Shown: positions 40,701 through 53,949 of the stretch, piece by piece | Position numbering within the stretch: position 1 is the stretch's first letter | Layout: every line of letters starts with the position of its first letter | From: Auanema rhodensis | Taxonomy: Eukaryota > Animalia > Nematoda | Direction of reading: 5' to 3' | NCBI GenBank assembly: GCA_964057225.1 | Contig: OZ059897.1 | Location: forward strand, 4,402,001-4,466,000 | DNA length: 64,000 bases | The notes under the pieces: generated by a model | Seen by the model: only the letters and a program-made list of their open reading frames with translations | Database searches by the model: none | What the model was told of the DNA's origin: nothing | Made by a program: the position numbers and the translations under genes

Positions 40701-43700
40701 ACCCTGAAGAAATGATTTTTTCGTTGAAAAACATTGTCCATCGTATTCGTCTTAAAAAAAGGAATCTAAAAACATCTACTTTTTGTGAAATTATTTAGAA
40801 ATTTTTCGGGAAAATTTTTGTCACAATGTTTTTGGAAGCAATGTTGAGTGTACATGGGAACTCAGCATACACTAATGCATTATTTTTCAAACGATCATAA
40901 CTAATTTTTGTATAGAGCGTTTCTCAATGTAGTATAGTGCATTCGATGCGGATTTTTAAGCTGCGTCGATCTGTGTTATCAGATTTGAGTTAGCTTGAAA
41001 ATGCACCGAGATATCAACTGATATATGTTCACACTTATATCCTCGATTTTCACCCTGAAGAAATGATTTTTTCGTTGAAAAACATTGTCCATCGTATTCG
41101 TCTTAAAAAAAGGAATCTAAAAACATCTACTTTTTGTGAAATTATTTAGAAATTTTTCGGGAAAATTTTTGTCACAATGTTTTTGGAAGCAATGTTGAGT
41201 GTACATGGGAACTCAGCATACACTAATGCATTATTTTTCAAACGATCATAACTAATTTTTGTATAGAGCGTTTCTCAATGTAGTATAGTGCATTCGATGC
41301 GGATTTTTAAGCTGCGTCGATCTGTGTTATCAGATTTGAGTTAGCTTAAAAATGCACCGAGATATCAACTGATATATGTTCACACTTATATCCTTGATTT
41401 TCACCCTGAAGAAATGATTTTTTCGTTGAAAAACATTGTCCATCGTATTCGTCTTGAGAAAAAGAATCTAAAAACATCTACTTTTTGTGAAATTATTCAG
41501 AAATTTTTCGGGAAAATTTTTGTCAAAATGTTTTTGGAAGCAATGTTGAGTGTACATGGGAACTCAGCATACACTAATGCATTATTTTTCAAACGATCAT
41601 AACTAATTTTTGTATAGAGCGTTTCTCAATGTAGTATAGTGCATTCGATGCGGATTTTTAAGCTGCGTCGATCTGTGTTATCAGATTTGAGTTAGCTTAA
41701 AAATGCACTGAGATATCAACTGATATATGTTCACACTTATATCCTCAATTTTCACCCTGAAGAAATGATTTTTTCGTTGAAAAACATTGTCCATCGTATT
41801 CGTCTTGAAAAAAAAAATCTAAAAACATCTACTTTTTGTGAAATTATTCAGAAATTTTTCGGGAAAATTTTTGTCACAATGTTTTTGGAAGCAATGTTGA
41901 GTGTACATGGGAACTCAACATACATTAATGCATTATTTTTCAAACGATCATAACTAATTTTTGTATGGAGCGTTTCTCAATGTAGTATAGTGCATTCGAT
42001 GCGGATTTTTAAGCTGCGTTGATCTGTGTTATCAGATTTGCGCTAGCTTAAAAATGCACCGAGTAATCAACTGATATAGGTTCCCACTTATATCCTCGAT
42101 TTTCACCCTGAAGAATTAATTTTTTCGTTGAATAACATTGTCCATCGTCTTTGCCTTGAGAAAAGAAATCTAAAAACTCCTACTTTTTGTGAAATTATTT
42201 AGAAATTTTTCGGGAAAATTTTTGTCACAATGTTTTTGGAAGCAATGTTGAGTGTACATGGGAACTCAGCATACACTAATGCATTATTTTTCAAACGATC
42301 ATAACTAATTTTTGTATAGAGCGTTTCTCAATGTAGTATAGTGCATTCGATGCGGATTTTTAAGCTGCGTCGATCTGTGTTATCAGATTTGAGTTAGCTT
42401 AAAAATGCACTGAGATATCAACTGATATATGTTCACACTTATATCCTCAATTTTCACCCTGAAGAAATGATTTTTTCGTTGAAAAACATTGTCCATCGTA
42501 TTCGTCTTGAAAAAAAGAATCTAAAAACATCTACTTTTTGTGAAATTATTCAGAAATTTTTCGGGAAAATTTTTGTCAAAATGTTTTTGGAAGCAATGTT
42601 GAGTGTACATGGGAACTCAACATACACTAATGCATTATTTTTCAAACGATCATAACTAATTTTTGTATGGAGCGTTTCTCAATGTAGTATAGTGCATTCG
42701 ATGCGGATTTTTAAGCTGCGTTGATCTGTGTTATCAGATTTGCGCTAGCTTAAAAATGCACCGAGTAATCAACTGATATAGGTTCACACTTATATCCTCG
42801 ATTTTCACCCTGAAGAATTAATTTTTTCGTTGAATAACATTGTCCATCGTCTTTGCCTTGAGAAAAGAAATCTAAAAACTCCTACTTTTTGTGAAATTAT
42901 TTAGAAATTTTTCGGGAAAATTTTTGTCACAATGTTTTTGGAAGCAATGTTGAGTGTACATGGGAACTCAGCATACACTAATGCATTATTTTTCAAACGA
43001 TCATAACTAATTTTTGTATAGAGCGTTTCTCAATGTAGTATAGTGCATTCGATGCGGATTTTTAAGCTGCGTCGATCTGTGTTATCAGATTTGAGTTAGC
43101 TTAAAAATGCACTGAGATATCAACTGATATATGTTCACACTTATATCCTCAATTTTCACCCTGAAGAAATGATTTTTTCGTTGAAAAACATTGTCCATCG
43201 TATTCGTCTTGAAAAAAAGAATCTAAAAACATCTACTTTTTGTGAAATTATTCAGAAATTTTTCGGGAAAATTTTTGTCAAAATGTTTTTGGAAGCAATG
43301 TTGAGTGTACATGGGAACTCAACATACACTAATGCATTATTTTTCAAACGATCATAACTAATTTTTGTATGGAGCGTTTCTCAATGTAGTATAGTGCATT
43401 CGATGCGGATTTTTAAGCTGCGTTGATCTGTGTTATCAGATTTGCGCTAGCTTAAAAATGCACCGAGTAATCAACTGATATAGGTTCACACTTATATCCT
43501 CGATTTTCACCCTGAAGAATTAATTTTTTCGTTGAATAACATTGTCCATCGTCTTTGCCTTGAGAAAAGAAATCTAAAAACTCCTACTTTTTGTGAAATT
43601 ATTTAGAAATTTTTCGGGAAAATTTTTGTCACAATGTTTTTGGAAGCAATGTTGAGTGTACATGGGAACTCAGCATACACTAATGCATTATTTTTCAAAC

Positions 43701-43800
43701 GATCATAACTAATTTTTGTATAGAGCGTTTCTCAATGTAGTATAGTGCATTCGATGCGGATTTTTAAGCTGCGTCGATCTGTGTTATCAGATTTGAGTTA
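37800..43800 (+). repeat. Domain dominated by the A-B dimer (702 bp); boundaries approximate
   Basis: A-type monomers at 37904, 38606, 39308, 40010 and at 41765, 42467, 43169 alternate with B-type monomers. The marker gcacTgag occurs at 38550, 39252, 39954, 41709, 42411 and 43113. Confidence 0.8.
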
Positions 43801-46800
43801 GCTTGAAAATGCACCGAGATATCAACTGATATATGTTCACACTTATATCCTCGATTTTCACCCTGAAGAAATGATTTTTTCGTTGAAAAACATTGTCCAT
43901 CGTATTCGTCTTGAAAAAAGGAATCTAAAAACATCTACTTTTTGTGAAATTATTTAGAAATTTTTCGGGAAAATTTTTGTCACAATGTTTTTGGAAGCAA
44001 TGTTGAGTGTACATGGGAACTCAGCATACACTAATGCATTATTTTTCAAACGATCATAACTAATTTTTGTATAGAGCGTTTCTCAATGTAGTATAGTGCA
44101 TTCGATGCGGATTTTTAAGCTGCGTTGATCTGTGTTATCAGATTTGCGCTAGCTTAAAAATGCACCGAGTAATCAACTGATATAGGTTCACACTTATATC
44201 CTCGATTTTCACCCTGAAGAATTAATTTTTTCGTTGAATAACATTGTCCATCGTCTTTGCCTTGAGAAAAGAAATCTAAAAACTCCTACTTTTTGTGAAA
44301 TTATTTAGAAATTTTTCGGGAAAATTTTTGTCACAATGTTTTTGGAAGCAATGTTGAGTGTACATGGGAACTCAGCATACACTAATGCATTATTTTTCAA
44401 ACGATCATAACTAATTTTTGTATAGAGCGTTTCTCAATGTAGTATAGTGCATTCGATGCGGATTTTTAAGCTGCGTCGATCTGTGTTATCAGATTTGAGT
44501 TAGCTTGAAAATGCACCGAGATATCAACTGATATATGTTCACACTTATATCCTCGATTTTCACCCTGAAGAAATGATTTTTTCGTTGAAAAACATTGTCC
44601 ATCGTATTCGTCTTGAAAAAAGGAATCTAAAAACATCTACTTTTTGTGAAATTATTTAGAAATTTTTCGGGAAAATTTTTGTCACAATGTTTTTGGAAGC
44701 AATGTTGAGTGTACATGGGAACTCAGCATACACTAATGCATTATTTTTCAAACGATCATAACTAATTTTTGTATAGAGCGTTTCTCAATGTAGTATAGTG
44801 CATTCGATGCGGATTTTTAAGCTGCGTCGATCTGTGTTATCAGATTTGAGTTAGCTTAAAAATGCACCGAGATATCAACTGATATATGTTCACACTTATA
44901 TCCTCGATTTTCACCCTGAAGAAATGATTTTTTCGTTGAAAAACATTGTCCATCGTATTCGTCTTGAAAAAAAGAATCTAAAAACATCTACTTTTTGTGA
45001 AATTATTCAGAAATTTTTCGGGAAAATTTTTGTCAAAATGTTTTTGGAAGCAATGTTGAGTGTACATGGGAACTCAACATACACTAATGCATTATTTTTC
45101 AAACGATCATAACTAATTTTTGTATGGAGCGTTTCTCAATGTAGTATAGTGCATTCGATGCGGATTTTTGAGCTGCGTTGATCTGTGTTATCAGATTTGC
45201 GCTAGCTTAAAAATGCACCGAGTAATCAACTGATATAGGTTCACACTTATATCCTCGATTTTCACCCTGAAGAATTAATTTTTTCGTTGAATAACATTGT
45301 CCATCGTCTTTGCCTTGAGAAAAGAAATCTAAAAACTCCTACTTTTTGTGAAATTATTTAGAAATTTTTCGGGAAAATTTTTGTCACAATGTTTTTGGAA
45401 GCAATGTTGAGTGTACATGGGAACTCAGCATACACTAATGCATTATTTTTCAAACGATCATAACTAATTTTTGTATAGAGCGTTTCTCAATGTAGTATAG
45501 TGCATTCGATGCGGATTTTTGAGTTGCGTTGATCTGTGTTATCAGATTTGCGCTAGCTTAAAAATGCACCGAGTAATCAACTGATATAGGTTCACACTTA
45601 TATCCTCGATTTTCACCCTGAAGAATTAATTTTTTCGTTGAATAACATTGTCCATCGTCTTTGCCTTGAGAAAAGAAATCTAAAAACTCCTACTTTTTGT
45701 GAAATTATTTAGAAATTTTTCGGGAAAATTTTTGTCACAATGTTTTTGGAAGCAATGTTGAGTGTACATGGGAACTCAGCATACACTAATGCATTATTTT
45801 TCAAACGATCATAACTAATTTTTGTATAGAGCGTTTCTCAATGTAGTATAGTGCATTCGATGCGGACTTTTAAGCTGCGTCGATCTGTGTTATCAGATTT
45901 GAGTTAGCTTGAAAATGCACCGAGATATCAACTGATATATGTTCACACTTATATCCTCGATTTTCACCCTGAAGAAATGATTTTTTCGTTGAAAAACATT
46001 GTCCATCGTATTCGTCTTGAAAAAAGGAATCTAAAAACATCTACTTTTTGTGAAATTATTTAGAAATTTTTCGGGAAAATTTTTGTCACAATGTTTTTGG
46101 AAGCAATGTTGAGTGTACATGGGAACTCAGCATACACTAATGCATTATTTTTCAAACGATCATAACTAATTTTTGTATAGAGCGTTTCTCAATGTAGTAT
46201 AGTGCATTCGATGCGGATTTTTAAGCTGCGTCGATCTGTGTTATCAGATTTGAGTTAGCTTAAAAATGCACCGAGATATCAACTGATATATGTTCACACT
46301 TATATCCTCGATTTTCACCCTGAAGAAATGATTTTTTCGTTGAAAAACATTGTCCATCGTATTCGTCTTGAAAAAAAGAATCTAAAAACATCTACTTTTT
46401 GTGAAATTATTCAGAAATTTTTCGGGAAAATTTTTGTCAAAATGTTTTTGGAAGCAATGTTGAGTGTACATGGGAACTCAACATACACTAATGCATTATT
46501 TTTCAAACGATCATAACTAATTTTTGTATAGAGCGTTTCTCAATGTAGTATAGTGCATTCGATGCGGATTTTTGAGTTGCGTTGATCTGTGTTATCAGAT
46601 TTGCGCTAGCTTAAAAATGCACCGAGTAATCAACTGATATAGGTTCACACTTATATCCTCGATTTTCACCCTGAAGAATTAATTTTTTCGTTGAATAACA
46701 TTGTCCATCGTCTTTGCCTTGAGAAAAGAAATCTAAAAACTCCTACTTTTTGTGAAATTATTTAGAAATTTTTCGGGAAAATTTTTGTCACAATGTTTTT

Positions 46801-49800
46801 GGAAGCAATGTTGAGTGTACATGGGAACTCAGCATACACTAATGCATTATTTTTCAAACGATCATAACTAATTTTTGTATAGAGCGTTTCTCAATGTAGT
46901 ATAGTGCATTCGATGCGGATTTTTAAGCTGCGTCGATCTGTGTTATCAGATTTGAGTTAGCTTGAAAATGCACCGAGATATCAACTGATATATGTTCACA
47001 CTTATATCCTCGATTTTCACCCTGAAGAAATGATTTTTTCGTTGAAAAACATTGTCCATCGTATTCGTCTTGAAAAAAGGAATCTAAAAACATCTACTTT
47101 TTGTGAAATTATTTAGAAATTTTTCGGGAAAATTTTTGTCACAATGTTTTTGGAAGCAATGTTGAGTGTACATGGGAACTCAGCATACACTAATGCATTA
47201 TTTTTCAAACGATCATAACTAATTTTTGTATAGAGCGTTTCTCAATGTAGTATAGTGCATTCGATGCGGATTTTTAAGCTGCGTCGATCTGTGTTATCAG
47301 ATTTGAGTTAGCTTAAAAATGCACCGAGATATCAACTGATATATGTTCACACTTATATCCTCGATTTTCACCCTGAAGAAATGATTTTTTCGTTGAAAAA
47401 CATTGTCCATCGTATTCGTCTTGAAAAAAAGAATCTAAAAACATCTACTTTTTGTGAAATTATTCAGAAATTTTTCGGGAAAATTTTTGTCAAAATGTTT
47501 TTGGAAGCAATGTTGAGTGTACATGGGAACTCAACATACACTAATGCATTATTTTTCAAACGATCATAACTAATTTTTGTATGGAGCGTTTCTCAATGTA
47601 GTATAGTGCATTCGATGCGGATTTTTGAGCTGCGTTGATCTGTGTTATCAGATTTGCGCTAGCTTAAAAATGCACCGAGTAATCAACTGATATAGGTTCA
47701 CACTTATATCCTCGATTTTCACCCTGAAGAATTAATTTTTTCGTTGAATAACATTGTCCATCGTCTTTGCCTTGAGAAAAGAAATCTAAAAACTCCTACT
47801 TTTTGTGAAATTATTTAGAAATTTTTCGGGAAAATTTTTGTCACAATGTTTTTGGAAGCAATGTTGAGTGTACATGGGAACTCAGCATACACTAATGCAT
47901 TATTTTTCAAACGATCATAACTAATTTTTGTATAGAGCGTTTCTCAATGTAGTATAGTGCATTCGATGCGGATTTTTGAGTTGCGTTGATCTGTGTTATC
48001 AGATTTGCGCTAGCTTAAAAATGCACCGAGTAATCAACTGATATATGTTCACACTTATATCCTCGATTTTCACCCTGAAGAAATGATTTTTTCGTTGAAA
48101 AACATTGTCCATCGTATTCGTCTTGAAAAAAGGAATCTAAAAACATCTACTTTTTGTGAAATTATTTAGAAATTTTTCGGGAAAATTTTTGTCACAATGT
48201 TTTTGGAAGCAATGTTGAGTGTACATGGGAACTCAGCATACACTAATGCATTATTTTTCAAACGATCATAACTAATTTTTGTATAGAGCGTTTCTCAATG
48301 TAGTATAGTGCATTCGATGCGGATTTTTAAGCTGCGTCGATCTGTGTTATCAGATTTGAGTTAGCTTAAAAATGCACCGAGATATCAACTGATATATGTT
48401 CACACTTATATCCTCGATTTTCACCCTGAAGAAATGATTTTTTCGTTGAAAAACATTGTCCATCGTATTCGTCTTGAAAAAAAGAATCTAAAAACATCTA
48501 CTTTTTGTGAAATTATTCAGAAATTTTTCGGGAAAATTTTTGTCAAAATGTTTTTGGAAGCAATGTTGAGTGTACATGGGAACTCAACATACACTAATGC
48601 ATTATTTTTCAAACGATCATAACTAATTTTTGTATGGAGCGTTTCTCAATGTAGTATAGTGCATTCGATGCGGATTTTTAAGCTGCGTTGATCTGTGTTA
48701 TCAGATTTGCGCTAGCTTAAAAATGCACCGAGTAATCAACTGATATAGGTTCACACTTATATCCTCGATTTTCACCCTGAAGAATTAATTTTTTCGTTGA
48801 ATAACATTGTCCATCGTCTTTGCCTTGAGAAAAGAAATCTAAAAACTCCTACTTTTTGTGAAATTATTTAGAAATTTTTCGGGAAAATTTTTGTCACAAT
48901 GTTTTTGGAAGCAATGTTGAGTGTACATGGGAACTCAGCATACACTAATGCATTATTTTTCAAACGATCATAACTAATTTTTGTATAGAGCGTTTCTCAA
49001 TGTAGTATAGTGCATTCGATGCGGATTTTTAAGCTGCGTCGATCTGTGTTATCAGATTTGAGTTAGCTTAAAAATGCACCGAGATATCAACTGATGTATG
49101 TTCACACTTATATCCTCGATTTTCACCCTGAAGAAATGATTTTTTCGTTGAAAAACATTGTCCATCGTATTCGTCTTGAAAAAAGGAATCTAAAAACATC
49201 TACTTTTTGTGAAATTATTTAGAAATTTTTCGGGAAAATTTTTGTCAAAATGTTTTTGGAAGCAATGTTGAGTGTACATGGGAACTCAACATACACTAAT
49301 GCATTATTTTTCATACGATCATAACTAATTTTTGTATAAAGCGTTTCTCAATGTAGTATAGTGCATTCGATGCGGATTTTTAAGCTGCGTCGATCTGTGT
49401 TATCAGATTTGAGTTAGCTTAAAAATGCACCGAGATATCAACTGATATATGTTCACACTTATATCCTCGATTTTCACCCTGAAGAAATGATTTTTTCGTT
49501 GAAAAACATTGTCCATCGTATTCGTCTTGAAAAAAGGAATCTAAAAACATCTACTTTTTGTGAAATTATTTAGAAATTTTTCGGGAAAATTTTTGTCAAA
49601 ATGTTTTTGGAAGCAATGTTGAGTGTACATGGGAACTCAACATACACTAATGCATTATTTTTCATACGATCATAACTAATTTTTGTATAAAGCGTTTCTC
49701 AATGTAGTATAGTGCATTCGATGCGGATTTTTAAGCTGCGTTGATCTGTGTTATCAGATTTGCGCTAGCTTAAAAATGCACCGAGTAATCAACTGATATA

Positions 49801-52800
49801 GGTTCACACTTATATCCTCGATTTTCACCCTGAAGAATTAATTTTTTCGTTGAATAACATTGTCCATCGTCTTTGCCTTGAGAAAAGAAATCTAAAAACT
49901 CCTACTTTTTGTGAAATTATTTAGAAATTTTTCGGGAAAATTTTTGTCACAATGTTTTTGGAAGCAATGTTGAGTGTACATGGGAACTCAGCATACACTA
50001 ATGCATTATTTTTCAAACGATCATAACTAATTTTTGTATAGAGCGTTTCTCAATGTAGTATAGTGCATTCGATGCGGATTTTTAAGCTGCGTCGATCTGT
50101 GTTATCAGATTTGAGTTAGCTTGAAAATGCACCGAGATATCAACTGATATATGTTCACACTTATATCCTCGATTTTCACCCTGAAGAAATGATTTTTTCG
50201 TTGAAAAACATTGTCCATCGTATTCGTCTTGAAAAAAGGAATCTAAAAACATCTACTTTTTGTGAAATTCTTTAGAAATTTTTCGGGAAAATTTTTGTCA
50301 AAATGTTTTTGGAAGCAATGTTGAGTGTACATGGGAACTCAGCATACACTAATGCATTATTTTTCAAACGATCATAACTAATTTTTGTATAGAGCGTTTC
50401 TCAATGTAGTATAGTGCATTCGATGCGGATTTTTAAGCTGCGTCGATCTGTGTTATCAGATTTGAGTTAGCTTAAAAATGCACCGAGATATCAACTGATA
50501 TATGTTCACACTTATATCCTCGATTTTCACCCTGAAGAAATGATTTTTTCGTTGAAAAACATTGTCCATCGTATTCGTCTTGAAAAAAAGAATCTAAAAA
50601 CATCTACTTTTTGTGAAATTATTCAGAAATTTTTCGGGAAAATTTTTGTCAAAATGTTTTTGGAAGCAATGTTGAGTGTACATGGGAACTCAACATACAC
50701 TAATGCATTATTTTTCAAACGATCATAACTAATTTTTGTATGGAGCGTTATCAATGTAGTATAGTGCATTCGATGCGGATTTTTGAGCTGCGTTGATCTG
50801 TGTTATCAGATTTGCGCTAGCTTAAAAATGCACCGAGTAATCAACTGATATAGGTTCACACTTATATCCTCGATTTTCACCCTGAAGAATTAATTTTTTC
50901 GTTGAATAACATTGTCCATCGTCTTTGCCTTGAGAAAAGTAATCTAAAAACTCCTACTTTTTGTGAAATTATTTAGAAATTTTTCGGGAAAATTTTTGTC
51001 ACAATGTTTTTGGAAGCAATGTTGAGTGTACATGGGAACTCAGCATACACTAATGCATTATTTTTCAAACGATCATAACTAATTTTTGTATAGAGCGTTT
51101 CTCAATGTAGTATAGTGCATTCGATGCGGATTTTTGAGTTGCGTTGATCTGTGTTATCAGATTTGCGCTAGCTTAAAAATGCACCGAGTAATCAACTGAT
51201 ATAGGTTCACACTTATATCCTCGATTTTCACCCTGAAGAATTAATTTTTTCGTTGAATAACATTGTCCATCGTATTCGTCTTGAAAAAAAGAATCTAAAA
51301 ACATCTACTTTTTGTGAAATTATTCAGAAATTTTTCGGGAAAATTTTTGTCAAAATGTTTTTGGAAGCAATGTTGAGTGTACATGGGAACTCAACATACA
51401 CTAATGCATTATTTTTCAAACGATCATAACTAATTTTTGTATGGAGCGTTTTTCAATGTAGTATAGTGCATTCGATGCGGATTTTTAAGCTGCGTTGATC
51501 TGTGTTATCAGATTTGCGCTAGCTTAAAAATGCACCGAGTAATCAACTGATATAGGTTCACACTTATATCCTCGATTTTCACCCTGAAGAATTAATTTTT
51601 TCGTTGAATAACATTGTCCATCGTCTTTGCCTTGAGAAAAGAAATCTAAAAACTCCTACTTTTTGTGAAATTATTTAGAAATTTTTCGGGAAAATTTTTG
51701 TCACAATGTTTTTGGAAGCAATGTTGAGTGTACATGGGAACTCAGCATACACTAATGCATTATTTTTCAAACGATCATAACTAATTTTTGTATAGAGCGT
51801 TTCTCAATGTAGTATAGTGCATTCGATGCGGATTTTTAAGCTGCGTCGATCTGTGTTATCAGATTTGAGTTAGCTTGAAAATGCACCGAGATATCAACTG
51901 ATATATGTTCACACTTATATCCTCGATTTTCACCCTGAAGAAATGATTTTTTCGTTGAAAAACATTGTCCATCGTATTCGTCTTGAAAAAAGGAATCTAA
52001 AAACATCTACTTTTTGTGAAATTATTTAGAAATTTTTCGGGAAAATTTTTGTCAAAATGTTTTTGGAAGCAATGTTGAGTGTACATGGGAACTCAACATA
52101 CACTAATGCATTATTTTTCAAACGATCATAACTAATTTTTGTATGGAGCGTTTCTCAATGTAGTATAGTGCATTCGATGCGGATTTTTGAGCTGCGTTGA
52201 TCTGTGTTATCAGATTTGCGCTAGCTTAAAAATGCACCGAGTAATCAACTGATATAGGTTCACACTTATATCCTCGATTTTCACCCTGAAGAATTAATTT
52301 TTTCGTTGAATAACATTGTCCATCGTCTTTGCCTTGAGAAAATAAATCTAAAAACTCCTACTTTTTGTGAAATTATTTAGAAATTTTTCGGGAAAATTTT
52401 TGTCACAATGTTTTTGGAAGCAATGTTGAGTGTACATGGGAACTCAGCATACACTAATGCATTATTTTTCAAACGATCATAACTAATTTTTGTATAGAGC
52501 GTTTCTCAATGTAGTATAGTGCATTCGATGCGGATTTTTGAGTTGCGTTGATCTGTGTTATCAGATTTGCGCTAGCTTAAAAATGCACCGAGTAATCAAC
52601 TGATATATGTTCACACTTATATCCTCGATTTTCACCCTGAAGAAATGATTTTTTCGTTGAAAAACATTGTCCATCGTATTCGTCTTGAAAAAAGGAATTT
52701 AAAAACATCTACTTTTTGTGAAATTATTTAGAAATTTTTCGGGAAAATTTTTGTCACAATGTTTTTGGAAGCAATGTTGAGTGTACATGGGAACTCAGCA

Positions 52801-53949
52801 TACACTAATGCATTATTTTTCAAACGATCATAACTAATTTTTGTATAGAGCGTTTCTCAATGTAGTATAGTGCATTCGATGCGGATTTTTAAGCTGCGTC
52901 GATCTGTGTTATCAGATTTGAGTTAGCTTAAAAATGCACCGAGATATCAACTGATATATGTTCACACTTATATCCTCGATTTTCACCCTGAAGAAATGAT
53001 TTTTTCGTTGAAAAACATTGTCCATCGTATTCGTCTTGAAAAAAAGAATCTAAAAACATCTACTTTTTGTGAAATTATTCAGAAATTTTTCGGGAAAATT
53101 TTTGTCAAAATGTTTTTGGAAGCAATGTTGAGTGTACATGGGAACTCAACATACACTAATGCATTATTTTTCAAACGATCATAACTAATTTTTGTATGGA
53201 GCGTTTCTCAATGTAGTATAGTGCATTCGATGCGGATTTTTAAGCTGCGTTGATCTGTGTTATCAGATTTGCGCTAGCTTAAAAATGCACCGAGTAATCA
53301 ACTGATATAGGTTCACACTTATATCCTCGATTTTCACCCTGAAGAATTAATTTTTTCGTTGAATAACATTGTCCTTCGTCTTTGCCTTGAGAAAAGAAAT
53401 CTAAAAACTCCTACTTTTTGTGAAATTATTTAGAAATTTTTCGGGAAAATTTTTGTCACAATGTTTTTGGAAGCAATGTTGAGTGTACATGGGAACTCAG
53501 CATACAATAATGCATTATTTTTCAAACGATCATAACTAATTTTTGTATAGAGCGTTTCTCAATGTAGTATAGTGCATTCGATGCGGATTTTTGAGTTGCG
53601 TTGATCTGTGTTATCAGATTTGCGCTAGCTTAAAAATGCACCGAGTAATCAACTGATATATGTTCACACTTATATCCTCGATTTTCACCCTGAAGAAATG
53701 ATTTTTTCGTTGAAAAACATTGTCCATCGTATTCGTCTTGAAAAAAGGAATCTAAAAACATCTACTTTTTGTGAAATTATTTAGAAATTTTTCGGGAAAA
53801 TTTTTGTCACAATGTTTTTGGAAGCAATGTTGAGTGTACATGGGAACTCAGCATACACTAATGCATTATTTTTCAAACGATCATAACTAATTTTTGTATA
53901 GAGCGTTTCTCAATGTAGTATAGTGCATTCGATGCGGATTTTTAAGCTG

